A stretch of 64,000 nt of DNA, from the IMG/VR virus record IMGVR_UViG_3300019889_000166, positions 1,533 to 65,532 of that record. One strand, written 5' to 3'. The notes beneath the pieces are model-generated. The model worked only from the letters and a program-made list of their open reading frames with translations. It made no database searches and was not told the origin of the DNA. A program made the position numbers and the translations under genes. Below, piece by piece: positions 44,353 to 53,093 of the stretch. Source of the DNA: a virus (taxonomy: Duplodnaviria > Caudoviricetes). Every line of letters begins with the position of its first letter. Position 1 is the first letter of the stretch.

Positions 44353-44636
44353 GACTTGGGCTCACTGAGCGGCTCGGTCCAGATCTCGCCTTCGGTGAGC
44401 CATGCGATGTACCGGCCGGGCTCCTGCGTGTCCCAGAGGTGGCTGAGCTGGTCCTGCTCCTGTCCGAGGTGGCAGTCGAAGAGGTTGCCGGTGACGCGTT
44501 CGATGACGGGGTGCTGGAGGGTCCAGCCGGTGTCGTCGATCTGGAGGATGTGGTCGTTGCGGTGAGGGTCGGCGAGTAGCGCGCGGACGAGGTCTGCGTC
44601 GGGTCCGGTGACCGTGATGGGCTCGGTGTCGCTCAC
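44349..44636 (-). CDS. hypothetical protein
   Basis: GWTLQHP..ER..G.LFDC...PGRY. Confidence 0.7.
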   Translation of the reverse strand: MSDTEPITVTGPDADLVRALLADPHRNDHILQIDDTGWTLQHPVIERVTGNLFDCHLGQEQDQLSHLWDTQEPGRYIAWLTEGEIWTEPLSEPKS

Positions 44637-44968
44637 AGGGACTCCCCTCGCCCGAGCTTGCGGGTGATCTCGGCTGCGATGTCGCCTGCTGGCTTGCCCA
44701 GGAACTCGGCGAGCACCGGAGCGATCTCCTCGGCGACCTGCTGCCGGATGGCGGGGTAGGCGGCTTCCAGGGCGGCATTGACCAGGTGCCAGCGCCGGTC
44801 GATGTCATCGCCGATCCCGGCGCCGCATGCGCACCCGAAGGGCCTCGGCTCGTGCTCTCTGATGACTCGTTCAGCGAGGATGGCACGGCGGTGCTCAGGC
44901 GCGTTCCCCTCCCCTGTGAGGTCGAGGCTCCCGGTGTGATGCTCGCCGGCGGGCTGGGTGTCGGTCAT
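44633..44968 (-). CDS. hypothetical protein
   Basis: ATG 44968; H...CACG...H motif. Confidence 0.65.
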   Translation of the reverse strand: MTDTQPAGEHHTGSLDLTGEGNAPEHRRAILAERVIREHEPRPFGCACGAGIGDDIDRRWHLVNAALEAAYPAIRQQVAEEIAPVLAEFLGKPAGDIAAEITRKLGRGESL

Positions 44969-45342
44969 GCGTGGTCCTGCGCGAACAGCGAGCGGCGATT
45001 GGACTCGACTGCAGCCCTCGACCGAGCGAGCGCCTCGGGGTCGTCGACTCGCTTGTCGCTGACCAGCTTTCCGGTCCGAGTGTCGTAGGTCTGCAGGGCA
45101 AGGCGACCGACGCCACCGAGAAGACCAGGACCGGCCCCGGTGTAGCCGATGAGGATCTGCTCGGTCCCAGCCGAGATGGTGATGATCTGGTCGGGCTGGA
45201 GCCCGGTGACTCTGGCAACCGCATCGGTCAGCGCGTCCGCAATTTCGGACCTCGGCTGGGTCATGGTCTTCGGTCGGTTTTCGTTGCCCATTTTCTGCTC
45301 CTCGCGTGCGTAGCGTTCCTGGAGTTTGAAGTCTTCGATCAT
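44965..45342 (-). CDS. hypothetical protein
   Basis: ORF coupled to downstream gene; start uncertain. Confidence 0.6.
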   Translation of the reverse strand: MIEDFKLQERYAREEQKMGNENRPKTMTQPRSEIADALTDAVARVTGLQPDQIITISAGTEQILIGYTGAGPGLLGGVGRLALQTYDTRTGKLVSDKRVDDPEALARSRAAVESNRRSLFAQDHA

Positions 45343-45357
45343 TCGTTCCGGGCCCCC

Positions 45358-45510
45358 AATTCCCCAACAAAAAGACCACGATCACAGGGGGGGTTTTCCC
45401 TTATAGGTCTGGTCGGTGTGACTGACGGTGTACAAACACCGTGACTAACGGTGTGAGTCACGGTGGTTGTCACGGGGTGTGTCACGGTGTGACAAACGGC
45501 GTGACACGGG
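45358..45510. repeat. iteron-like array plus AT-rich tract, putative replication origin
   Basis: GTCAC at 45457/45469/45481, GTGAC at 45418/45441/45489/45501 (12-bp steps); adjacent AACAAAAAG..TTTTCCCTTATA. Confidence 0.7.
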
Positions 45511-45511
45511 T

Positions 45512-45937
45512 CTAGTCGTAGGGCTCCGGCTCGGTGTCCGGGTCGCCGTACCGGGCCTGGTGCTCCCGCTCCTCGGCCGCGATCCGGTCGGCTTCCAGCC
45601 GCGCCTGCTCGCGGTTCGCCCGGGACTTCCTCTGCCGCTCCATGCCATCCTTCTTCTCCTTCTCCCACCAGGCGCGGGACTTGTTCCAGTCGAGGTAGTC
45701 GTGGATCCGCTGCCCGTCGTCGTGCTGGACCCACAGCCCGGCCTTGATCAGCTCGGCGACGTAGGCCTGCTTGAAGCGCGGCATGAGTCGCGGGATGCGC
45801 TCGGGCGGGATCGCCCCGTCGGTCCGGTGCTTCGCGGCGTAACACATGGCGGAGACGTGCAGCCGGAAGGCACCGTCGGACAGTCCGTCGACCTTGGGGT
45901 GGTCGGCGAAGTTGTCGTCCATGTTCAGGTAGGGCAT
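45512..45937 (-). CDS. phage replication initiator / replisome organiser (short)
   Basis: DDNFADHPKV..LSD.AFRLHV..MCY....TDG.I...LIKAGLW...IHDYLDWN. Confidence 0.8.
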   Translation of the reverse strand: MPYLNMDDNFADHPKVDGLSDGAFRLHVSAMCYAAKHRTDGAIPPERIPRLMPRFKQAYVAELIKAGLWVQHDDGQRIHDYLDWNKSRAWWEKEKKDGMERQRKSRANREQARLEADRIAAEEREHQARYGDPDTEPEPYD

Positions 45938-45989
45938 CAGGCGCTCCCCGCGTCTTGGGTGGTGCGTTGTCAGGGGTGGTCGGGTGTGG

Positions 45990-46310
45990 TCAGCGGTCGC
46001 GGCACATCGTGCAGAGCAGGACCCCGTCGGGCTGGCGCTGGAGGTCACTCAGCCGCACCTCGGCTGCCTCTGCGCTGCCGGCGGGGATGTGCATCGCGTT
46101 GTCGTTCTCGTCGCCCTCGGGGTGCTGGCAGGCCGGGTTGTCGCAGTACGCCGTCCAGCACGGGACCTGCGCCTCTTCGATGGCGTGGACCCGGATGCCC
46201 ACGTCGAGCTTCCCGATCCACTCCTCGGCCTGCCGGGTGTCGGGGAAGTGGGCCTCGGAGTCGGCGAGGTGGACGACGATGCAGGTGCCGGTGGTGCGGT
46301 TGATGGTCAT
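45990..46310 (-). CDS. hypothetical protein
   Basis: C.TAYCD..C...H...LLCTMC. Confidence 0.65.
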   Translation of the reverse strand: MTINRTTGTCIVVHLADSEAHFPDTRQAEEWIGKLDVGIRVHAIEEAQVPCWTAYCDNPACQHPEGDENDNAMHIPAGSAEAAEVRLSDLQRQPDGVLLCTMCRDR

Positions 46311-46798
46311 GCGGACCGCCGCGCCGTCTTCACGGCGGCCCGCAGCATCGCGGCCATCATCGACTTCGGCATCGACTCAGGATGGAGTCGCTTCGCCGGT
46401 CTGATCGTGCGAAGGGAGCCGCCACCCGAGACCGGAGCCATGAGCCCCCAGCCCTCAGGCAGCTCCCCCTCACGCACGATCGCGGCGTCACAGACGACGA
46501 GCCACCAGTAGTCCATGAACGGGCGGAACGCCTCGGCTTTGTCGGGGTCCTTGAGTTCGGTGAGCCAGTCGGAGCGCGACACCTTGACCTCGTGGCCATG
46601 GAGGGCAAGACCGTTGCTTGGCCAGAGGTCCATAGCGATGAAGTCGGCAGTGCGCTTCGAGTCGAACCCGGCTCCGGACCGGACGTGCTCAGCGGCGGCG
46701 AACCGGTCACCGTTGCCGAACTGCCTGCCGTACCTGATGCCGAGTAGGTCGAGCATCTGCCGCTCCGTCCACTTCACCAGGACTGGCTGAGTGCTCAT
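46307..46798 (-). CDS. MmcB-like PD-(D/E)xK nuclease
   Basis: RTADFIAM.LWPS.G..LHGHEVKVSRSDWL.EL..P.K...DYWWLV...ELP.GWGL. Confidence 0.8.
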   Translation of the reverse strand: MSTQPVLVKWTERQMLDLLGIRYGRQFGNGDRFAAAEHVRSGAGFDSKRTADFIAMDLWPSNGLALHGHEVKVSRSDWLTELKDPDKAEAFRPFMDYWWLVVCDAAIVREGELPEGWGLMAPVSGGGSLRTIRPAKRLHPESMPKSMMAAMLRAAVKTARRSA

Positions 46799-47325
46799 GC
46801 GGATTCCTTCTCTGGGTCGGTCGGGATGTGGACGTTCTTGACGTCGCGCGGCAGCTCGAACAGGCCGCTGGTGGCGCGTTCGAGGGCTTCGGCGCGGGCG
46901 TTCGCCTTGGCCGCCTCGATGCGTCCGTCGGCGTGCATCTGGTCGCGGTCTTCGTTGCGTTCGGCGGCGGAGACGAAGGCGTGATCGGCGCCGTTCTGGT
47001 TGCCCGCGGCGGTCTGGCAGGCGGACTGGACCTTGCCGCACCAGTCGCACTTGTACTGGTCGGGCAGCTTCGCGGTGGCCGAGCGCGCCTTGCCTTTGCT
47101 CTCGTGCTTGCGGCGGATCACCTCCGCGCCTTTCATGGACAGCATCACGGGGAGCTGCATGGTGTGGTCGAGGGCGATCGCGGTGCACGCCTCGGTGATG
47201 TCCTGGGTCGAGTACTTCTCGGCGGACAGCTTCTCGAGCGCGGCCAGGATCGGCGGCGTCTGCCATTCCTCACGGATGGACCGGAGGAACGTGGCCAGGC
47301 CTCGCATCTCGCCGACAGTCATCAC
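46795..47325 (-). CDS. hypothetical protein
   Basis: LA.F...IR.EW....I.AAL; CDWCG....C...H.F. Confidence 0.7.
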   Translation of the reverse strand: MMTVGEMRGLATFLRSIREEWQTPPILAALEKLSAEKYSTQDITEACTAIALDHTMQLPVMLSMKGAEVIRRKHESKGKARSATAKLPDQYKCDWCGKVQSACQTAAGNQNGADHAFVSAAERNEDRDQMHADGRIEAAKANARAEALERATSGLFELPRDVKNVHIPTDPEKESA

Positions 47326-47582
47326 GCGGCGGCCCTCCCTTTCGTCTGGCGCTGGCGGGTGATCTCGACTGCGAGCGCGGCGGTCAACGATTCGGCGGTG
47401 TACTCGTCGCCTGCCTTGTGGGCTTCGGTCGCGTCGGTGAGGTCTTGCATGGCCCGGTCGCGGAGCCCTCCGCTGGTGCGGACGCCGACGACGTGCAGGG
47501 TCTGCTCGAGTGGCTGGACGCCCATGTAGACGAGGCGCAGCTGGTCGTAGCGCCAGCCGCCGATGGTCGCGTGGTCGCTCAT
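47322..47582 (-). CDS. hypothetical protein
   Basis: ATG 47582 after GGAGG; coupled. Confidence 0.65.
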   Translation of the reverse strand: MSDHATIGGWRYDQLRLVYMGVQPLEQTLHVVGVRTSGGLRDRAMQDLTDATEAHKAGDEYTAESLTAALAVEITRQRQTKGRAAA

Positions 47583-47812
47583 GCGGCGGCCTCCGCGACG
47601 TAGATGAGGCCCTTCTTGACGAGCTTCGGCGTGGCCGCGCGGCGCTTCTTGTTGCGCTGGTCGACTTCGAAGGACTCGACGGCGGTCATGAGTTCGACTC
47701 GGCGGGCGTACTGCATCTTCGGGTCTTCGTAGATCTCCCCGGCCTTCGGTACGGGCGGCAGCGGGAGGTGGCGTTCCACGGCGAGCAGTTCGACGAGTTG
47801 GGCGCGGTTCAT
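47579..47812 (-). CDS. hypothetical protein
   Basis: ATG 47812 after AGGAG; coupled. Confidence 0.65.
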   Translation of the reverse strand: MNRAQLVELLAVERHLPLPPVPKAGEIYEDPKMQYARRVELMTAVESFEVDQRNKKRRAATPKLVKKGLIYVAEAAA

Positions 47813-48396
47813 GCTGCGATCTCCTGACGGGTCTCGGTAGCGGGAGCTTCGTCGTCGAGCGGCGGGTCGAAGAGGACGATGCCTCGGCGGATCCCGGCCG
47901 GCCCCTTGCGCCATTCGATGACGGGCGGCGGCCCGGTCCACTCTTCGACCGGCAGTGGCTCCGGCTCGTAGGTGCCGGTCTGCTGGGCGCCGGTGTGCTC
48001 CGGGGCGTTGCGGCAAGGGATGCAGAGCGGATGCCCGAACTCGCGGTGACGCGCGGCACCCTCCGCCGTACCGCACTTGGCCCACACCCGCCCGGCGGCG
48101 AGGATCACCTTGCAGGCGCGGCAGTAGGGGCTGTAGCCGCGGGACATGTTGACGACGCGTTCGATGCCGCAGGAGGCGCACGCCACCCGGTCGACTGCGG
48201 TGTTCCGGTCGGCGTACCCGACGGAGTTCGGCTGGATGTCGCGCGCCCGGATCAGTCGGCTGACCGTGCTCGCGCTGCAGCCGATCTGGACAGCGACCTT
48301 GTCCATGTTGCCGAGTTGCAGGTACAGGGCGGCGGCCCGCTCGCCGATGGTCGGGTCTGTGGCGGCGATGCTCGGCCGTCCCGGGCGCCGGTTCAC
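47809..48396 (-). CDS. HTH + zinc-finger protein
   Basis: DKVAVQIGCSASTVSRLI; CASC, CRAC, CGT..G..RH.....LC.PCR. Confidence 0.75.
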   Translation of the reverse strand: MNRRPGRPSIAATDPTIGERAAALYLQLGNMDKVAVQIGCSASTVSRLIRARDIQPNSVGYADRNTAVDRVACASCGIERVVNMSRGYSPYCRACKVILAAGRVWAKCGTAEGAARHREFGHPLCIPCRNAPEHTGAQQTGTYEPEPLPVEEWTGPPPVIEWRKGPAGIRRGIVLFDPPLDDEAPATETRQEIAA

Positions 48397-48863
48397 GACT
48401 CCCTCCCCGCACGTACCCGCTGCGCTTCGGCGCGGGTCCTGATCGGTTCTCCGGCGTGCCTGAGTGCGGTCTGGATCGCAGACAGGGAGACGCCGAGCGA
48501 GTCGGCGAGGCCGCGCTTGGATTCGCCCTTGCGGTACCTGAGGGCGACCTTCCGCTGATCGGCTTCGGACAGCAGCGGGCGGCCGAGCGGCCTCTTGGGC
48601 GTCCCCTGCGCCAGCGTGTTGTCCCGGTCGCCCTCGCCTTCGACGAACGTGTGGATGCCGTGGCGCAGGGCGCGGTTCCCGACTACCTGGACCTTGCCGC
48701 CGTGCTTGGGCCACACTCCGGCGTCCACCTGGCCGCCGGAGGCGACGTAGGCCTCGTTGATGCGGTCCCACGGGAGGCCTTCGGGTTTCCGGGCGCTACG
48801 GTGCGGGATCGGGGTCGTGGGGAGGTCGAGCCAGTCGCCTCCGCCGGCGTTGATGGCAGTCAT
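48393..48863 (-). CDS. HTH DNA-binding protein
   Basis: RYRKGES.R.LA..LGVS..AI..AL...G..IR. Confidence 0.8.
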   Translation of the reverse strand: MTAINAGGGDWLDLPTTPIPHRSARKPEGLPWDRINEAYVASGGQVDAGVWPKHGGKVQVVGNRALRHGIHTFVEGEGDRDNTLAQGTPKRPLGRPLLSEADQRKVALRYRKGESKRGLADSLGVSLSAIQTALRHAGEPIRTRAEAQRVRAGRES

Positions 48864-49831
48864 GCGGAGATCTCCTCTACCGGGTAGCCGTCGTGGGTGC
48901 GCCCGTCGAGCTCGCGCCCGGCGGACTTCTTGCCGACACGACTCATGAAGCAGGCGCCCATGCGTCGCTCGGCCCGGCCAGTGACGATCTCGCTGTCCTG
49001 GTATTGCGATGCGAGAACGTGCTCCCCGTTGCGGTGCACGATGTGGTCGACGCCGCGTTGCGTGCGACGGTCAGCGCTGCCGTCCTGCCACTCGCCCCAC
49101 TGCTTGAACAGATAGGGCACCTCGGCGGCGGCGCACTGATCCCGCAGAGCCCGAGCCCAGTCCGGGTGCATCGGTCGAGCTCCGTGGCCCGACTCGCCGC
49201 CGACGATCACCCAGTGCAGGTGACGGTTGATTCGGATATCGAGGCCGCTGGCCCACTGCTTCAGCGCGGGGATGAGATCGACCGGGCCTAGCAGAGGTTC
49301 GCAGCTGAGGAACCGGACGGCGGCCGGGGTGTCTAGCAGCGCGGGGATGCGGATGTCGGCCCACTTCTGGTCCTCGACGGAGACGCCGAGCCAGACGTTG
49401 GGGAGTGCGAACCGGGCGGCCTCATCGTATGGAAGCGGGTCCTTTCCGCGCACCCGTAGAGCCCGGTCGACGAGGACCCGGAAGTAAGGGCTGGATAGCA
49501 GCGACCGCATCCGGGCATGCCGCTTGGTCAGGATCTGGAAGGTGTGGCGAGGGTTGAGCGCCATGACGGCGAACACCTCGGCGATGAAGAAGTCGGTGAC
49601 GTCCTGGTGGAACAGGTCGCTCATCGAGTTGACGAACACCTTCCGCGGCTTGCGCCAGTGGAACGGGATCGCGAGCCGCTGCGAGTGCATCTTGACGGTC
49701 GCGAACGAGCCCTTCCCGTTGAACCGCTCGTACATCACCTCGGCGTAGCAGTTGTCACAGCCGGGCGACACCTTGGTGTAGCCGGTGGTCGGGTTCCACG
49801 TCTCGTCGGTCCATTCGATGCCCGTGCTCAC
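48860..49831 (-). CDS. phage Gp37/Gp68 family (DUF5131) protein
   Basis: IEWTDETWNP..G.TKVSPGC.NCYA, VFVNSMSDLFH, HTFQILTKR, FLSCEPLLG, WVIVGGESG, FKQWG. Confidence 0.93.
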   Translation of the reverse strand: MSTGIEWTDETWNPTTGYTKVSPGCDNCYAEVMYERFNGKGSFATVKMHSQRLAIPFHWRKPRKVFVNSMSDLFHQDVTDFFIAEVFAVMALNPRHTFQILTKRHARMRSLLSSPYFRVLVDRALRVRGKDPLPYDEAARFALPNVWLGVSVEDQKWADIRIPALLDTPAAVRFLSCEPLLGPVDLIPALKQWASGLDIRINRHLHWVIVGGESGHGARPMHPDWARALRDQCAAAEVPYLFKQWGEWQDGSADRRTQRGVDHIVHRNGEHVLASQYQDSEIVTGRAERRMGACFMSRVGKKSAGRELDGRTHDGYPVEEISA

Positions 49832-50103
49832 GCGGCCACCCCGATCTGCTGCCGGGTCCTGCGATAAATTCGGACGACCGAGCGCTTGGCGCTGTCACCG
49901 AGCGACGCCTCATACCGGAGCGGCGTCAGGTACCCCTGGTTCGCGGCCTGGGAGAACAGGCCGCCGCGGGAACGCTCGGGGATGTCGGCCGCGGCCAAAA
50001 GGTCGCGGAGGTGGTTGCTGGAGGCCTCGCGGCCAGCCTCGACGGTGTCAAGGATGGCGAGGAACGCGGCCCAATGCTTCGGGTTCATCTCGTTGCGTGG
50101 CAT
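49828..50103 (-). CDS. hypothetical (winged-helix-like) protein
   Basis: S.N.LR......GGLF..A...G; coupled. Confidence 0.7.
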   Translation of the reverse strand: MPRNEMNPKHWAAFLAILDTVEAGREASSNHLRDLLAAADIPERSRGGLFSQAANQGYLTPLRYEASLGDSAKRSVVRIYRRTRQQIGVAA

Positions 50104-50106
50104 GGG

Positions 50107-50781
50107 TCAGTCACCTTTCTTGCAGCCGGCGGCCGTGTGCTTGATGGAGTCGGCGTCGTCCCGCGTGATGGGCAGCTCCCAGTGCCGGGCAACGTCGAGG
50201 AACGCGGCCACGTAGGCGCACCGGTAGCTCTCGTTGACGGGCAGCCATTCCCCCGGCCCGCTGTCGCCTTTGGCCTGGTTGGCGGCCCCGTCAACGGCGA
50301 GCAGGTTGCGTTCCTGATCGTTGGCGAAGTCGACGCGCTTCTGCTGGGTCCACTCGTTGGCGCCCATGTCCCAGGCGAGCGAGAGCGGAAGCACGTGGTC
50401 GATCTGGACGGCGAGCGGGTTGGTCTTCCGGAACGCGATCGTCCGCCCGGTGTAGGGATCCTGCAGCGACCCGGTGAGGACGACGCAGTTGTCGGTGCGC
50501 ACCTTGTAGCTGACCCCAGTCATCTGCTTGCCGAGCACGTCGTTGCGGCTATCGCAACCGTTGCGCCCACCCTTGCCTGCATGCTTGTCGGTCCAGGCGG
50601 CCCCGAAGCTGCAGGCGTGCTGCTTGCCGCAGTCGCGGTCGTAGCCGGCGGGGTTGGGGCGCGCAGGGATGATGCGGACCTCAGCGAGCAGGTCGGTGAT
50701 GCCGGTGTCGGTGGTGGCTTGGGTGGCGGTGCAGCCTGTGGCGAGGAGCGCGGTGGCGATGAGTACGGCGAGGCGGGTCAT
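50107..50781 (-). CDS. lipoprotein HNH nuclease (DUF1524-like)
   Basis: Lipobox LLATG-C; GYDR..FG.AW.D, CDSRNDVL, DPYTG, QIDHV.PL..AW..GA..W, FAND..NLLAV...NQ.KGD. Confidence 0.88.
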   Translation of the reverse strand: MTRLAVLIATALLATGCTATQATTDTGITDLLAEVRIIPARPNPAGYDRDCGKQHACSFGAAWTDKHAGKGGRNGCDSRNDVLGKQMTGVSYKVRTDNCVVLTGSLQDPYTGRTIAFRKTNPLAVQIDHVLPLSLAWDMGANEWTQQKRVDFANDQERNLLAVDGAANQAKGDSGPGEWLPVNESYRCAYVAAFLDVARHWELPITRDDADSIKHTAAGCKKGD

Positions 50782-51302
50782 GCGGCGATCCCCTCGGGCA
50801 GGCTGAGCTTGTCGAGGGCAACGGTGTGCGTCTTGGGGAGCTGGATCTCGGGCTGGCCGATGAGGGCGAGTCCGAGGAACCTGAGCCACGCGGCGTCCAC
50901 CTGGTTGTCGTCGCGGAGATCCACCCCCGTCCGCTGGAAGAGTTCCATCCGCATGTCTGGCTTGGTGGCGTTCCCCTTGCCGGTGGCGAACTTCTTGAGG
51001 GTCGCGGCGGGGACTGTGACGTACCGGATTCCGTCGAGGCGGAGTTGCAGCCGGATGACGCCTTGGACCATGCCGGTGATCCCTGCGCCGTGCGCGTGGG
51101 TGGGCAGGTCTTCGATGACGGCGAGTTCGACCGTCTGCCCGCACCTCGGCAGGTTGGTCAGGTTCTCGATGGCTTCGGAGATGACGACGAGACGCTGGTC
51201 GCCGGTGACATCCTTGGGGTACTTGATGGTGGTGGTGACGCCGTCACCCCAGGCGAGGCCGGTGGCGGTGAGGCTCGGGTCGATGCCGACGACGATGGTC
51301 AT
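50778..51302 (-). CDS. RuvC-like Holliday junction resolvase
   Basis: VGIDPSLT.TG, VIE, P.TLKKFATGKGNA.K, DDN..DA. Confidence 0.88.
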   Translation of the reverse strand: MTIVVGIDPSLTATGLAWGDGVTTTIKYPKDVTGDQRLVVISEAIENLTNLPRCGQTVELAVIEDLPTHAHGAGITGMVQGVIRLQLRLDGIRYVTVPAATLKKFATGKGNATKPDMRMELFQRTGVDLRDDNQVDAAWLRFLGLALIGQPEIQLPKTHTVALDKLSLPEGIAA

Positions 51303-51305
51303 GTC

Positions 51306-52040
51306 TCAGGCGACCTTCGCGGCGGCGCGCTTGCGGGCAGGTGCTGGCTTCTTGGCGGCTGGCTTCTTCGCCGGGGTCGCCTTCGCAGTGGCGGGCTTGC
51401 TGATCGCCTTGACCCACTCGCCCAGCTCGGGGAACGCTGCGCCATCGAGGCGGACGGGCATGATCGCGCCGAGGAAGTAGTCGCCCGCCTGGATGATGGT
51501 GGGCCGGAGTCCGCCGCCGGAGACCTTGATCGGCTCGTTGCGGCTGGTGACGTGGGCGAACTTGGCGAGGTAGCTGGGGTTGTAGCCGGTGCCGCTGAAC
51601 TCGGTCGGGGCGGTCCACTCGCTGAAGACCTTGCTGACGTCGGGGTACTGGCCGTCGGACAGGCCGTACCGGGCGGTGAGGTCGTCGGCGTCGGCGAACA
51701 GTCCGTCGGCGAGTGCGACGGTGAGGCTGGCGTTTCCGGCTTCTCCGCTGGTGGTCAGGGTGATCTTGGTGTTGATGTCCTTGCGGCTCTTGAAGGTGGA
51801 CAGGATGTGCTTGACGTCCTGGATCTTGACGAGCGCCTCGAAGTCGGCGGCGTTCTCGACCTTGGTGCGGGCGATGCCGACGATGTAGCGGTCGGTGGCG
51901 GTGGCGACGAGGTAGTCGCCTTTGCCGGTGAGCTGGATGGTTTCGAGGACGGGCAGTCCGTACTTGGCCTGATTGGCGAAGGGGATCACGCGGCTGAGCA
52001 GGGTGCGGAGTTCGTTGAGGTCGATGGTGATGGTGCTCAT
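51306..52040 (-). CDS. DNA polymerase III beta-clamp-like protein with PAKK tail
   Basis: LPVL..I.L......ATATDRY, YPDV, NPSYL, IMPVR. Confidence 0.75.
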   Translation of the reverse strand: MSTITIDLNELRTLLSRVIPFANQAKYGLPVLETIQLTGKGDYLVATATDRYIVGIARTKVENAADFEALVKIQDVKHILSTFKSRKDINTKITLTTSGEAGNASLTVALADGLFADADDLTARYGLSDGQYPDVSKVFSEWTAPTEFSGTGYNPSYLAKFAHVTSRNEPIKVSGGGLRPTIIQAGDYFLGAIMPVRLDGAAFPELGEWVKAISKPATAKATPAKKPAAKKPAPARKRAAAKVA

Positions 52041-52225
52041 GAGCGTGTCCTTTTCGCGGTGAGGTCGGTGAGGGTTTCGGTGACGACCGCCGCCTGGTCG
52101 TACGCCTTGGCGGCGGTGATGTTGTGGCGGCGGCGCGGGATGAGCTGGGTGTGTGCGAGCCAGAGCCCGGCTGCGGCGGCGGCTCCGAGCGCGAGGCCGG
52201 CGGCGGTGAGGGCGCGGTCGGTCAT
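52037..52225 (-). CDS. small membrane protein
   Basis: ATG 52225, TM segment; coupled. Confidence 0.6.
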   Translation of the reverse strand: MTDRALTAAGLALGAAAAAGLWLAHTQLIPRRRHNITAAKAYDQAAVVTETLTDLTAKRTRS

Positions 52226-52599
52226 GCGGCACCGTCCGGGCTGTCGAGATATCGCCACTGGATCCGGGTCACTTCGTCCCAGACGTCGATGCCTTGCGCC
52301 TCGGTGAAGTAGGTGAGGATGAAGTCGTCGACCGGCATGCGAGGGAATCCCTCGAGGACCATCTCGTCGCGTCCGTATTGCACGTTCTTCAGGGTCGACA
52401 GCGGCTCGCGCCTGACCGACACGACCTCGACCTCGGCGAGGCGCACCAGCGGCTCGCCCTTCTTCCTGCCCATGACCTTGCGGCAGAGGGTGAGGCGGTC
52501 GCCGGGCTTGAGCATCAGCCAGCCCTTGCGGCGGGTGACGGTCTTGGTGCGGGCGACGACTGCGGCCTCTGTGAAAGCGACGCTCATGAGGCGGCTCAT
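52222..52599 (-). CDS. ASCH/PUA-like domain protein
   Basis: KTVTRR.GW..LKPGD.L....K.MG...VVSVRREPL...EGF. Confidence 0.8.
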   Translation of the reverse strand: MSRLMSVAFTEAAVVARTKTVTRRKGWLMLKPGDRLTLCRKVMGRKKGEPLVRLAEVEVVSVRREPLSTLKNVQYGRDEMVLEGFPRMPVDDFILTYFTEAQGIDVWDEVTRIQWRYLDSPDGAA

Positions 52600-53093
52600 G
52601 ACGCCACCGTCTTGGCGTACTCGTCGAGCCAGTCGGCGAGGCCTTCGCTTTCGCAGCGGCCGTTGTTGGTGCGGCTGTCGGCGGCTTCCTGGCGGGCGGC
52701 TGCGGCGGCCTCGGTCAGCGCTTCGGCCTTCACCTCGGCCTCCGAGCGGAACACACCAGCAGCAAGCAGACGATCCGCCCCCTGGTAGGCCATGTGCTGA
52801 CGGGCGGCCCACTGGACGACCGCGGCGTGGTGCTTCGATCGGGGCTTGCTCTCGTCGAATGCGTCGGGATCCAGCACCTCGGCCAGGCGCTGGCGGTCGG
52901 CTACTGGGGCAGGCTCGGCAGCGGTCAGGTCCACCCCGTCACGTTCGAGCGACTCGCCCAGCACGCGGCGAGCCTCGGCATTACCCTGCCAGCGCCAGTA
53001 GTCCGCCTTGTCGCTGGTGCAGTTGTTGATCGCGGTGATGAAGCCTTCGCGCTCAGCCAGGAAGTAGGCGACCCGCTCTCGTAGCCCGCTCAC
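52596..53093 (-). CDS. hypothetical protein
   Basis: ORF coupled both sides. Confidence 0.7.
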   Translation of the reverse strand: MSGLRERVAYFLAEREGFITAINNCTSDKADYWRWQGNAEARRVLGESLERDGVDLTAAEPAPVADRQRLAEVLDPDAFDESKPRSKHHAAVVQWAARQHMAYQGADRLLAAGVFRSEAEVKAEALTEAAAAARQEAADSRTNNGRCESEGLADWLDEYAKTVAS

